64,000 nucleotides of DNA from an uncultured Actinomycetes bacterium (GTDB lineage Bacteria > Actinomycetota > Thermoleophilia > RBG-16-64-13). Below the pieces are notes generated by a model. The model was not told where the DNA came from and ran no database searches. It worked only from the letters and a program-made list of their open reading frames with translations. Positions 29,822-40,726 of the stretch are shown here, piece after piece. Location: positions 128,001-192,000 of the forward strand of contig CAVPLM010000005.1 in the NCBI GenBank assembly GCA_963706025.1. Reading direction: 5' to 3'. The position numbers and the translations under genes are program-made. How positions within the stretch are numbered: the first letter of the stretch is position 1; each line of letters opens with the position of its first letter.

Positions 29822-29851
29822 CCTTTAAACGAGTCCCGTGAGACCGAAAGG
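29822..29851 (+). promoter_or_regulatory. Second PyrR-binding RNA hairpin overlapping the pyrC SD
   Basis: CCTTTAAACGAGTCCCGTGAGACCGAAAGG, near-identical to the pyrB site and ending 7 nt before ATG 29859. Confidence 0.82.
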
Positions 29852-29858
29852 AACTTGG

Positions 29859-31349
29859 ATGGACACCAGCCCCCGTCCTTCCCCGCCCAGACTCCCCTGC
29901 CGCGCGTTGCCCCCCGAACGATTCCTTCTTTCCGGCGTGCATCTGTTCGATCCTGAGCGCGGTCTCGACCTGGAAGGCGATCTGTTGGTCGAAGACGGGA
30001 AGATCACCGCGCTTGGCAAGGGGGTGAAGCGGCCGGCCGGAGTGGAGGTCCTCGTCGACCTTAGCGGATGCTGGGTGTTCCCGGGGTTCGTGGACCCCCA
30101 CGTCCACCTTCGCACTCCCGGCTACGAATACAAAGAAGACCTGGCCTCCGGCTCGATGGCCGCCGCTGCCGGGGGATACGTCACGGTCGTCGGCATGGCC
30201 AACACCGACCCGGTGGTCGACTCGGGCGCCATCGCTTCCTGGATCCTGGATCAGGCGGCCAAGGAGGCTGTGGTTCGCGTAGGGCAGGTGGGTTCCGTGA
30301 GCAAAGGCCTCAAGGGTGAAGAACTGGCCGAAATGCGGGAACTGGCCGATGCCGGGGTGGTCGCGTTCGCCGACGACGGCCAGCCCCTATCTGACGCCGA
30401 TCTGCTGCTCCACGCCCTTCGCTATGCCCGGGGTACGGGGCGCCCCGTGCTGCTCCATCTCGAGAACAAGAGCCTTTCTCTGGACGGGGTCATGCACGAG
30501 GGCAAATGGAGCGCCCGTCTGGGCCTCCGGGGGATCCCCTCCGCTTGTGAATCAGGGCCGCTGGCCCGCGACCTGGAGATAATCCGCTACGTCGCTGGAG
30601 AAGAGGACCGGCTGGCGGCCGGCCGCACGGCGGTGGAGGAGGCGGCAGGCCACGCGGGTGTGGGCGCGGGCCGCGACAGCGCCCGCTCGGATCGCGGCGC
30701 CGGCGACGGCACCCGCCCAGGCGGCCGCGTTGTGCCCCTCGTCCACTTCCAGCATCTTTCCTCAGCGGACAGCGTGCGCCTGGTGCGCGGCGCCAAGAGC
30801 GAGAGGCTCCCCGTCACCGCGGAAGCCACCCCCTTGCACCTGTTGCTGACCGACGAGCGCCTGGGCAGCTTCGACCAGAATCTCAAGGTGAATCCGCCCA
30901 TCCGTTCAGCGGACGACCGCGAAGCCTTGGTGGCCGCCCTGGCCGACGGGACCATCGACTGCATCGGCACCGACCACGCCCCGCATGCTCCCCAGGAGAA
31001 AGAGGTCCCCATCGAGGACGCCCTGTGTGGCAGCACCGGCCTGGAGACGGCTTTCGCGGCGCTTCACACCGGTCTGGTGCTCACGGGGAAGCTGCCGCTG
31101 GCCCGGCTGGTGGAGGCCATGTCCGGCGCGCCCTGCCGGGTGCTCGGGTTGACGGAGCCTCGCCTGGCCGAGGGCGCGCCCGCCGACTTCTGCGTGGTCG
31201 ATCTCGAGGAGACCTGGGAGGTCACGCCGGCGACTCTGCGGGGCAAGAGCCGCAACTGCGCCTTCCTGGGCGAGACACTCACCGGGCGGGTGCGGCTGAC
31301 CGTCGTAGACGGGGCGCGCCGCTTCGCGCGCGCCCGGGGAGAGGTCTGA
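29859..31349 (+). CDS. pyrC: Dihydroorotase (type I)
   Basis: [33 protein letters not shown]; carries a ~45-aa Gly/Ala-rich insert. Confidence 0.95.
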   Translation: MDTSPRPSPPRLPCRALPPERFLLSGVHLFDPERGLDLEGDLLVEDGKITALGKGVKRPAGVEVLVDLSGCWVFPGFVDPHVHLRTPGYEYKEDLASGSMAAAAGGYVTVVGMANTDPVVDSGAIASWILDQAAKEAVVRVGQVGSVSKGLKGEELAEMRELADAGVVAFADDGQPLSDADLLLHALRYARGTGRPVLLHLENKSLSLDGVMHEGKWSARLGLRGIPSACESGPLARDLEIIRYVAGEEDRLAAGRTAVEEAAGHAGVGAGRDSARSDRGAGDGTRPGGRVVPLVHFQHLSSADSVRLVRGAKSERLPVTAEATPLHLLLTDERLGSFDQNLKVNPPIRSADDREALVAALADGTIDCIGTDHAPHAPQEKEVPIEDALCGSTGLETAFAALHTGLVLTGKLPLARLVEAMSGAPCRVLGLTEPRLAEGAPADFCVVDLEETWEVTPATLRGKSRNCAFLGETLTGRVRLTVVDGARRFARARGEV

Positions 31350-32572
31350 TGTACCGGGGCGACGTTCCCGGCTACGTGGTGCTGAGCGACGGCACCGTGT
31401 TCACCGGTTTCGGGTTCGGAGCACAGGGCCAGGTGCTGGGTGAGGTGGTGTTCAACACCGGCATGACCGGATATCAGGAGATCGCCACCGATCCCTCCTA
31501 TCACGGACAGATGGTCACCTTCACCTACCCGATGATCGGCAACTACGGGGCCTCGGACCACCTGCTCGAGTCCGCCGAGGTGCATTCCCGGGCCATCATC
31601 GTGCGGGAGATCAAGAACACCGCCTGGAACGCCACCTGTCCCGAGGCTTGGGTGGATTGGCTGACCGACCGTGGCATCGTGGGAGTGGGGGGGATCGACA
31701 CCCGGGCCCTGACCAGGCGGATCCGAGAGCACGGAGCCATGACCGCCTGCGTCGCGGCCGGACCGGACCTGAGGGTGAACGACCTCCTCGCCGCGACCCA
31801 GGGGTTCCCTTCCATGACGGGCCTTGACCTGGCCAGCGCCGTCACCTGCCGCGAGCCCTACGAATGGGCGCCGGCGCAGGCAGGCCCCGAGGTTGGAGCC
31901 GAGTTCGATGTCGTGGCTGTCGACTACGGGATCAAACGGAGCATCCTCAAGAACCTTGCCGCTGTGGGTTGCCGGGTGACCGTGGTCCCGGCCTTCTGGA
32001 CGGCGGAACAGATACTGGCTCTGGAGCCCGATGGGGTGTTCCTGTCCAACGGGCCAGGTGACCCGGCGGCAGTGGGGTACGCGGTCGAGACGGTCCGCGA
32101 GCTCGTCCCCAGGGTGCCGGTCTTCGGGATATGCCTGGGCCATCAGCTATTGGCCCGGGCGGTGGGTTTCTCCACCTACAAGCTCAAGTTCGGGCATCGG
32201 GGCATCAACCACCCTGTGCGCGACTTCCTGACCGGGCGCGTAGAGATCACCAGTCAGAACCACGGCTTCGCCGTGGAACCGCCGGAGGTGGTGCGCGCCG
32301 CCCTTGCCCGTGGGGCTGTCGTGGGTGAGACGGGGGTGGCCGGGCTACGGGCGGAGGACATGGTGATGGACTCCGGATTCGGCCCCGTGCAGGTAACGCA
32401 CTTGAATCTCAACGACGGCACCGTCGAGGGCCTGCGGCTCCTGGACCTCCCGGTCTACTCGGTGCAGTATCACCCAGAAGCAGGTCCGGGTCCGCACGAC
32501 AGCTATTATCTGTTCCGGCAGTTCACACGCCTGATGCGAGACGGCGCCGTGTCGGCGGCCGGCGTCCGCTAG
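31349..32572 (+). CDS. carA: Carbamoyl-phosphate synthase small subunit
   Basis: [46 protein letters not shown]. Confidence 0.97.
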   Translation: MYRGDVPGYVVLSDGTVFTGFGFGAQGQVLGEVVFNTGMTGYQEIATDPSYHGQMVTFTYPMIGNYGASDHLLESAEVHSRAIIVREIKNTAWNATCPEAWVDWLTDRGIVGVGGIDTRALTRRIREHGAMTACVAAGPDLRVNDLLAATQGFPSMTGLDLASAVTCREPYEWAPAQAGPEVGAEFDVVAVDYGIKRSILKNLAAVGCRVTVVPAFWTAEQILALEPDGVFLSNGPGDPAAVGYAVETVRELVPRVPVFGICLGHQLLARAVGFSTYKLKFGHRGINHPVRDFLTGRVEITSQNHGFAVEPPEVVRAALARGAVVGETGVAGLRAEDMVMDSGFGPVQVTHLNLNDGTVEGLRLLDLPVYSVQYHPEAGPGPHDSYYLFRQFTRLMRDGAVSAAGVR

Positions 32573-32581
32573 GAGGTAACG

Positions 32582-32974
32582 ATGGCAGCGACTCCAAGTC
32601 CCAAGAGCCCCGGAGGCCGGGGCAACGGAGGGAAGAGGAAAGAGATGAACCTGCGCCTGCCCGAGCAGATAGCGGGTGGCGTCTACGCCAACGGCATGAT
32701 GGTGCAGCATACCAGCGACGAAGTCGTCCTCGATTTCGCCATGGTGCTTGGGGGCAACGGGACGGTCGTCTCTCGGGTGATCACCAGTCCGGCTCACGCC
32801 AAGCGGATCATGGAAGCTCTCCAGGAGAACCTCGCGAGATATGAGGCTTCTCATGGGCCCATCAGGGGCTCGGGTAGCCAGCCGGGCTTCAGAATGGGTT
32901 TTCAGCCACCCGCCGGCCAACCGCTCGCTGGCCAGCCACCCGCCGGCCAGCCACCCGCTGACGAATCTGAATAG
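32582..32974 (+). CDS. DUF3467 domain protein with a QPPAG repeat tail
   Basis: GVYAN..VQHT..EVVLDF..SRVITSPAHAKR..ALQENL..YE..HG.I; 15-bp repeat x4 at 32903-32962. Confidence 0.85.
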   Translation: MAATPSPKSPGGRGNGGKRKEMNLRLPEQIAGGVYANGMMVQHTSDEVVLDFAMVLGGNGTVVSRVITSPAHAKRIMEALQENLARYEASHGPIRGSGSQPGFRMGFQPPAGQPLAGQPPAGQPPADESE

Positions 32975-32989
32975 GGAGGAGGCGGAACG

Positions 32990-33453
32990 ATGCTGGCTGT
33001 GGGAGACAGGGCGCCGCTCTTTGTGGCGCCCGGCACCGAGGGCGACATGGATCTGGCGGCCGCATTGGCCCGGGGACCGCTGGTGCTCTATTTCTTTCCC
33101 AAGGCGTTCACCCCGGGTTGAACGCTGGAGGCGGTTGAGTTCAACCAACTGCTTCCGGAGTTCGAAGATCTGGGCATAGGGGTCGTCGGCACGTCGGTGG
33201 ACCCGGTAGAGCGGCTCCAGCGTTTCCGCGCCAAGTACGCCCTGCTCTTTCCCATGGTGAGCGACGTCGACCGGGGGTTGGGGCAGGCCTTCGGCACCCT
33301 CAAGAGCGGCCGACCGGAGCCCACGAACGAGACACGGTGCTCATCGGTCGCGACGGGACGATTCTGCTAGCCTATCAGCGGGCGCAGGCCAAGGGGCACG
33401 CGGCCGAAGTGCTGGCGGCGGCGAAGGGGTTGCGTGAAAGAGGTGCCATCTAG
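32990..33453 (+). CDS. Selenocysteine-containing BCP/PrxQ peroxiredoxin (in-frame UGA at 33119; frameshift near 33310)
   Basis: SD GGAGG; MLAVGDRAPLF...VLYFFPKAFTPG[UGA]TLEAVEF...GTSVD...FPMVSD, then RDTVLIGRDGTI..AY..AKGHAAEVL in the next frame; absent from the ORF track. Confidence 0.85.
33125..33158 (+). promoter_or_regulatory. SECIS-like hairpin 3' of the UGA
   Basis: CTGGAGGCGGTTG-agttcaac-CAACTGCTTCCGG: 13-bp stem including G-U pairs, starting 3 nt after the UGA. Confidence 0.7.
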
Positions 33454-33454
33454 A

Positions 33455-35025
33455 GTGCGAAGACAGGGCTTCCGGGGCCGCACACGGTTGAGGCCCGGGG
33501 CAAAGCCGGCTCTCTACGTGTTCGTGGCGGGACTGGCGGCCTGCCTCCTCGGCCTGCTGGCCGGCTTGGGAGGCGGCGTGGCGCCGGCCGCGGCTGAAGC
33601 CGGGCCGGCCCCGGTCTCTGAACAGGAATCCCAGACCGAGCTCGAAGCCGGCGCAGCCCAGGTGCTGGACGTCGATGTGCTCGTCTTCTCGACCCAGACC
33701 TCCGGCCTGGCCGCCGTGCGGGAGCTGGCGGTTGGTGCGCCCCATCTGCGGGTAGCCCTGATCTCAGCCGGCAATCTCCTCGAGACTCCCCTCGCCCAGG
33801 GGCTGGGGGTAGAGGACGCACGCGACATAGGCAGGGTCAAGGGCGGCTTCTACGACGAATGGCGCCGGGCGGTCATAAGGTCCTATTCCCTGCGTGGTCT
33901 CAGACCCTACAACGCCGGCGGCCGCTTCGTCTACGAGCCGGACGTGTCGGCGCAGGCACTCTGGTCGTTCGTAAGGGGCGCCAACGCTCCCAACGTGCTG
34001 TTCTACTCCGGCCGGCTCGTGGCGGCGAGCGACCAGGAAGGCGGGCGCTACGCGGACGTGCAGGTGGAGAACGGCGGCGTCGTGCGCTTCAACACCCGCT
34101 ACTTCATCGACGCCAGCGTGGAAGGTGATCTCGCGCGCATGCTGGGGGCAAGCTACCGGATCGGGCGTCACGAGGCCGTCTACAACGACGTCGCCGGGGT
34201 CAAGCCCGAGTATCCGACCGCCGCCAACGGCTACGAGACTGCTCCCCAGTGGTTCTCGCCACTCCTGACGCTCAAGGTGTATGCCACGGGCTACGCTCCC
34301 CGCATCGCCACGCTGGTGCATCCCAACTACAATCCCGCGACGTACGCGCTTCTCGCGCCGATGAATCAGAAGAACGTGACCGCCTTCAAGAACAGTTGGA
34401 CGATGAACTATCGCGGTGCTTCCCAACGCCAAGCGAGAGTTGAACGAGACCTGGAACGATTGGCCCGATGTAGGTTTGGCCTACCAGTGGATATTCTCCC
34501 CGGAGAAAAGGGGGGAGATACGCCGCCGGGTGCTGGAGTGGTCCATCAATCGCGTGCGCTATCTCCAGGAGCACGGGTATCCTCGCGTGGGGATCGCCGC
34601 CATACCGCAGAAGTTGTACGTCCGGGAGGGGCCGCGCATCGTGGGCCTAGATACCTACACGGTCGCCGATCTTCAGAACGGGTCTCTGCGCCATCCGGTA
34701 GCGGTCGGCTGCTACACCGAATATGACCGGCACGACGCCTATCTATCCCACGTACGTGGGGACGACCCGGTACGTGCGCATGCCCATGGAGGCCCTCATG
34801 GCCGAAGGCCACCCCAGCCTACTGATCTCCACGGCCGTGTCCACCGATTTCCGCGCGTACAGCTCCGCGGTTCGGATGGAGCATACCCGGGCGAACATGG
34901 GCGGCGCCGCGGGGGCGATCATCGCGGTCGCCGACCGGCTGAGGGTCGCCCCCGACCAGGTGCCTTATGAGGAGGTCCGCAGGCTGCTGCTGGCCCGGGG
35001 CTACCGTCTCGACATCGCCGGTTAG
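33455..35025 (+). CDS. Secreted FAD-dependent oxidoreductase family protein (frameshifts near 34405 and 34740)
   Basis: Signal peptide; FIDASVEGDLA, LYVREGPRIVG, YSSAVRME..RANMGGAAG match the PF12831-type architecture. Confidence 0.7.
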
Positions 35026-35027
35026 AC

Positions 35028-35054
35028 CGATCGGTCTCGATCGGTCTCGATCGG
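35028..35054. repeat. 10-bp tandem repeat and palindrome between convergent genes
   Basis: CGATCGGTCT x2.7; AGACCGATCGGTCT (35024-35037) is a perfect palindrome. Confidence 0.75.
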
Positions 35055-35073
35055 CCGGCGAGGCGGTTCCCGG

Positions 35074-35432
35074 CTACATCTGGCCTTCGGGCTGCAGCAG
35101 GGCTATGGGGATGCCGTCCGGATCGGCGAACATGGCCCACCTGCCTACGCCCTCGATGGCCGTCGCGGGCACTATGACGGTCGCTCCTGCCGCTGCCGCT
35201 TTGCTTAGCGTGGCATCGAGGTCGTCGACCGCGAAGTAGGTGTTGAGGGCGCACATGGGCAGCCGTCTCGGGCTTCGCCATCATCCCCCCGCCCGGCTGC
35301 GACCCGGTGTCGATCAACGTGATAGCCGGGATAGGTGGATTCGTCGAACTTCCAGTCGAAACGCCGAGTAGAACGCTTGGCCTTCTCCAGGTCGGTCACC
35401 ATCAGTTCCCAGTGGACGATCGGATTGCCCAT
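35074..35432 (-). CDS. VOC/glyoxalase family protein (several frameshifts)
   Basis: MGNPIVHWEL..DLEKAKAFY..FDWKF..GGGMM..TYFAVDDLDATL..GRWAMFADPDG across frames. Confidence 0.85.
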
Positions 35433-35473
35433 CGCTGATCCCTCCCTTGCCTTCGACTGACTCGCCGCTCCCG

Positions 35474-37032
35474 CTACTGCTTGATGATGTCTTTGAGGTG
35501 GGCTTCCGCCCGCCCTCCGCCTCCGGCCGCCAGGGTCTCGTAGTCGGGGATGGTGTAGACGCGGATCTTGTCATCCAGGAAGTCGGAGAAGGCCAGGAGC
35601 GTGCCGTCGGGGGAGACGTCCAGGCCGGTGCACTGGTTGCCGCCTACGATCGCGTCCAGGATCTTGCCGGTGGCCGTATCGATGGCGAGGATGGAGCCCC
35701 ATTCCGGGCCGGGGATGTAGTAGGTCTTGGGATTGTCCTTGCCCCGGTTGGAGATGTAGAGGACCTTGCCGTCGGGCGACAGGTCCATGCTGTTGGGTCG
35801 GTGGTCGGTATCGGCCAGCTTAGTCACCTTCTCGGTGGCCAGATCGACCACGAAGACTTCGTTGGTGGACAGGTCGTCGACGTAGAGGAGTCCGCGGACG
35901 TCGTCGCCGACCATGTGGCGCATGGCGCCGCCCGTCTTGAAGATGACCTCGCCCTCGCCGGTGGCCAGATCGATGCGCTGGATGTCGCCGTTCTCGAAAC
36001 CGGCTACGAAGAGGCGCTTGGCGTCGGGGGTCACGTAGAGGCCGCGGGGCGTGACCACCGTCTTGAGACGGCGCACCAACTTGCCGGTGACCAGGTCGAT
36101 CTCGGAGATGTCGTTGCTGATCCAGTTGGACGCCCACAGGGTCTTCTCGTCGGGGGAAAGGAGGAGGACCTTGGTCCAGCTACCCCCGGTCTTGAAGTGG
36201 CGCTTCACTTCGCGCGTGGCCCGGTCGATCTCGTAGACCGAGGCGGTCTCCATCTGGCTGGCATAGACGGTCTTGCCGTCCTTGGTGAAGATGACCTCCA
36301 CGGCGCCGTACTCGCCCAGCTTGACCTGGGTCGATCTTCTTACCCGTGGTGGGCTCGAAGATCTCGAGGCCGTGGCCGCCCAGAAGCGAGACCCACATCT
36401 CCTTGCCGTCGGGGGTGAAGGCCACCTGCTTGGGGCTCGGCCCGCACTTGAAGCGCACCAGGCTATCGTAGAGGAGTCCCTTGGGATCGAGCCACACGGA
36501 GACGGTCTGGGGCTCGTCCAGATCGACCTCCCGCGTGATCACTTTGAAGCCCGAAGCCCAGATCTTCAGTTGGATCTTCCCACCCGGGGTGTCCGCCTCG
36601 TAGGGGGTCTTTTCCGACACTACGGTGCCGTCCTGCAGGGTGATCTCGAGCTTGGCCCCTTTGGGTGAGCTGCTGACCGTGAGCTTCTGCGGAGCCAGGT
36701 TGGGAGCAGTGGGGCGGGTGGTGGTAGTGGCGCCGACACTGCTGGCGCCGACGCTGGTGGTCGTGGTGAGCTCCAGTCCGGAGGTGCCCACCTGGGCGGA
36801 GACTACCGTGCTGGGACTTTGACCGCTCTGCGCCGTCGTGACCGTACCCGCGGCGCTCGACGGCTCGTCGCTCGCGAGGTGATAGGCACCGTACCCGATG
36901 GCGGCCAGCACGACGACCACTATCGCCAGGGCGACCACTCGCCGGCGTCCGTAATGACTGGTGGCCCTGCGGGCCTGCCGGAAGCTCTTGCCGGCGGGAC
37001 GATCCCTGGTCTGGGGGCGGAGCGGGGTCCAT
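35474..37032 (-). CDS. Membrane-anchored PEGA-like + YVTN/YncE-type beta-propeller protein (frameshifts near 36980 and 36330)
   Basis: RRRVVALAIVVVVLAAIG TM helix, Ser/Thr linker, LTVSSSPKGA (PEGA-like), repeated FTPDGK/SPDGK blades; TATCAT 6 nt before the ATG suggests a leaderless start. Confidence 0.75.
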
Positions 37033-37417
37033 GGGGAGATGATAGCGGATGTTCCCCGACTGCTTCCTGGCCGGTTGGGATACGGACGCTCGGCCGTGGC
37101 CCGCGGCGGCTTGCGGTTGCGGAAGTGCAGGCAGCAGGCACTTGGTCGGCGGATCGGGCAAACCGGCGCGCTTCTGGAAGTGGACGACGGTCCTGACCGT
37201 GCCTCCCACGGGGCTCAAAGATCTCAGCTCGTCCGGGGACCTGAAGAGTCTGCAACTGGCTTTCGCGCCACGCTTCCAAGTGCTACGCTTGGCCTGCCTG
37301 TGCCGCGGCATTCGCCTCAAGCATCGTGCCACTCAGTGGCGTTGCTCGTGGGGGCCCACGCCGCGGGGGGAGAATCCGTAGGGCGCCTGTTAGACCGGCC
37401 GTAAAGGAGGGCACCAC

Positions 37418-39134
37418 GTGGCTGCAGACGACAAACGCACGGTGAAGGTTGACGTCGGCGCACACGGGCTCAAACAGTACGATCTTCGAGTCTCGACCGT
37501 CGTCTTCATGGTCTTCTCCCTCGTAGCGGCGGGCGCCTACGGCATCGAGGAGATGATTCCCGCGTCAGGTCCGGGCCTGACGCTGGTCATGCTCATTGCG
37601 CTTCCCTTTCTGTGGGGGTTGCCATTCGGTCTGGTGGCCTCAGAACTTGGCTCCGTCAGGCCTCAGGAGGGCGGCTACTACAAGTGGGTGCAGGAAGCAC
37701 TGGGCGAGTTCTGGGGCTTTCAGGCCGGCTGGTGGAGGACCATCTCCGTCTATATCGACAACACCCTCTACGTGATCCTCGCAGGCGGCTATCTCGCATC
37801 TCAGTGGGACTTGAACTCCTACGAGGAGTTCGCGGTCAAGGCCGCCATCATCCTCATCTTCACGTACATCAACATTCGCGGCGTCAAAGATGTCGGCCTC
37901 ATCACCACGATCCTGTCGTCCCTCGTCATCGCCGCGTTCGCCATCGTCGCGATCGCCGGTTTCCTCAACTGGGACTCGAACCCGTTCGTGCCTTTCACGT
38001 CGCACGGCGAGATCCTCGGCGTGACGGGTATCTCCTTTGCCGAATGGATCATGTTCATCGGCGCGGGCTTAGCCATCGGCATGTGGATGTACTCCGGCTA
38101 CGAGTCCATGTCCACCCTTGCCGGAGAGCTCAAGAACCCGCAAGTCATCCCGAAGGCCACCCTTATCACCATTCCCCTGATCATGGCCGTCTACATCCTG
38201 CCGACGATGGCAGGCCTGGCATCCATAGACTCATGGGAGAGTTGGGGTACGACTGCTGAGAGTGTCGGGTACGCGGATGTCGTCACTACCTTCTGGGGGG
38301 CCGGATTCGGCATCTTCTTCGTCGTCATCGCCGTCTTGGCTCAGTGTTCGATCTACAACACGTACATCGCATCGGGATCACGAGGGTTCTTCGCGCTGGC
38401 CGACGACCATTTGGCGCCGCCGGTTCTGGTCAAGGTCGACAAGAAGCACGGCGTACCGTACGTCGCGGTCATTTCTGTCGCGATCGTCAACCTGATACTG
38501 ATGCAACTTCGCTTTCACGACGGTCGTCATCGTGGATGTCTTCTTGCTGATCTCTTCGTACATCTTGGTCTACATCTCGGCCATGATCCTCAGGAAGAGG
38601 ATCCCCGGGCAGGAATACAAGTTCAAGATCCCGGGTGGCTACCCGTTTCTCGTGCTGCTCTGCGTCGTGCCCATCATCATCGGCGTGCTGTCGTTCTTCA
38701 TCAACGGCACGGACTTCTTCATAGGCGGCCTGATCGGTATTCTCACAGGGCCGGTCATGTATGTCATCTGGAAGAGAAGATACGGCGGTCTTGCCAAGAA
38801 GGATCCGGTGCACTACCCGCTCAATCCACGGACGCGTCTCGGTATCGGCGACCTGAAGAGGATGGCCGGCGTCTTCTACGGGTTCGCGGTCGTGGGTTTT
38901 GTGGCCGTTCCGTGGCTGAGATGGTTCGAGGGAGATTGGGCGGAGGAGTATTACCTCGAGACCTACGGTGAATCGTACCTCTCCGGGTTCCTGGGGAACT
39001 TCGACACCATGCTGACCACCATCCTTATCATCGCGGGGGTCTTTGCGGCGATAGCCGTCGCCTGTACTGTCGCTGCTATCAAGCTCGAGCCGAAGAAGGG
39101 CGCGGTGCCGCCGTCGTCCGTGGACTCGGACTAG
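37418..39134 (+). CDS. APC family amino acid/polyamine permease (frameshift near 38507)
   Basis: AGAYGIE, SELGSVRPQEGGYYKWV, YSGYESMSTLAGE; many TM helices; SD AAGGAGG. Confidence 0.88.
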
Positions 39135-39165
39135 TACTTCCAACAAACGGCTTTAGGAGGCCCAG

Positions 39166-40376
39166 ATGAAGATTCTGCTCGTAGGTGTTGGTGGCGTGGG
39201 CGAGGCCATCGCCGTCCTTGCCAAGGACAAGCCCTGGGTCGAGAAACTCGTGCTGTGCGACTACAACCTCGACCGGGCCAAGGAGGTCCAGGCCAAGGTG
39301 GGCGCTCCAGCCCACATGCCTGTGGAGTTCGTCGACGCCGGCGACAGGGAACAGATCGCGGCGCTGGCCCGCAAGCACGGGGTGGATCTCATCCACAACG
39401 CCGTCGACCCGGTGTTCAACGAGGCCATCTTCGACGCCGCCTACGAGGTGGGCTGCAACTACATGGACATGGCCATGACCCTGTCCACTCCGCATGCCAC
39501 CGACCCCTACAACGCCTGCGGCGTCAAGCTGGGCGACTACCAGTTCGAGCGGGCCGAGGCGTGGGAGAAGAAGGGCCTCCTCGCCTTTGTCGGCATGGGC
39601 GTGGAGCCGGGCATGGCCGACGTCTTCGCCAAGTACGCCGAGAAGAACCTCTTCGACGAGATCGAGGAGATCGGCGTGCGCGACGGGGCCAACCTGGAGG
39701 TGCGGGGCTACGAGTTCGCCCCCAACTTCTCCATCTGGACCACCATCGAGGAGTGCCTCAATCCTCCGGTGATCTGGGAGGAGGGCAAGGGTTGGTGCAC
39801 CACCGAGCCCTTCTCGGAGCCGGAGGTCTTCGAGTTCCCCGAAGGCATCGGGCCGGTGGAGTGCGTCAACGTGGAGCACGAGGAGGTGCTGCTGGTGCCG
39901 CGCTGGGTCAAGTGCAAGCGGGTGACCTTCAAGTACGGCCTGGGCGACGAGTTCATCGGCGTGCTCAAGACCATCAAGATGCTCGGCCTCGACAACCGCT
40001 TCCCCATCGACGTCAAAGGCGTGCAGGTGGCACCGCGGGACGTGGTGGCCGCCACCCTGCCCGACCCGGCCCATCTGGGCGACCAGATGTTCGGCAAGAC
40101 CTGCGCCGGCACCTGGGTCAAAGGCACCAAGGACGGCAAGCCCCGCCAGGTGTATCTGTACCAGGTGGCCGACAACGAGACCTGCATGAAGAACTACGGC
40201 GTGCAGGCCGTGGTCTGGCAGACGGCGGTCAACCCGGTCATCGCCTGGGAGCTGCTCGAGACGGAGGTGTGGAAGGGCGCGGGGTCCTCGGGCCCGAGGC
40301 CTTCGACCCCGACCCGTTCGTGGCCCTGATGCCCACGTACGACTTCCCCTTCGGTCTCAAGGAGATGACGGCCTGA
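39166..40376 (+). CDS. Saccharopine dehydrogenase / carboxyspermidine dehydrogenase-like protein (frameshift near 40283)
   Basis: GVGGVG Rossmann motif, YMDMA, GMGVEPG, NVEHEEV, C-terminal GVLGPEAFDP. Confidence 0.85.
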
Positions 40377-40377
40377 C

Positions 40378-40644
40378 GTGCCCTGGTTGAGGCGTCGCGA
40401 GCGACTGCTCTTTCGAACGCACGAGTCGCCCTTCGGTAACCCTGCCTGGGCGGTGGGGCGGATCCTGCAGTACGAGGGAGAGCTCTACCGCGTGACTCGG
40501 TGGGTCGAGCTCCGGCCGGTCCTGCTTGAGCGGGGCGGCTCGGTGGGCGAATGGGAGGTGTGGGGCCGCAAGATGTCCGAAAGGGAGGTCCGAAGAGAGC
40601 TGGCGGACGTCGAGGATCAGATGCTCGACAAGGGCGATCTCTGA
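40378..40644 (+). CDS. Small hypothetical protein (88 aa)
   Basis: GTG 1 nt after the upstream stop; fills the intergenic gap with GC3-biased codons. Confidence 0.55.
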   Translation: MPWLRRRERLLFRTHESPFGNPAWAVGRILQYEGELYRVTRWVELRPVLLERGGSVGEWEVWGRKMSEREVRRELADVEDQMLDKGDL

Positions 40645-40726
40645 TAGTGCAGGATGCCCTTCGCCGGGTATCATTTGGGACAAGCGTCGGTGAGATCATC
40701 ACGACCAACAATCTGGGGGTTCGAGA

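Noticed and set aside
37150-37240. GGGCAAACC resembling a c-di-GMP-I riboswitch
   Set aside because: The GNRA-capped stem and downstream GACGCAAA element are missing.
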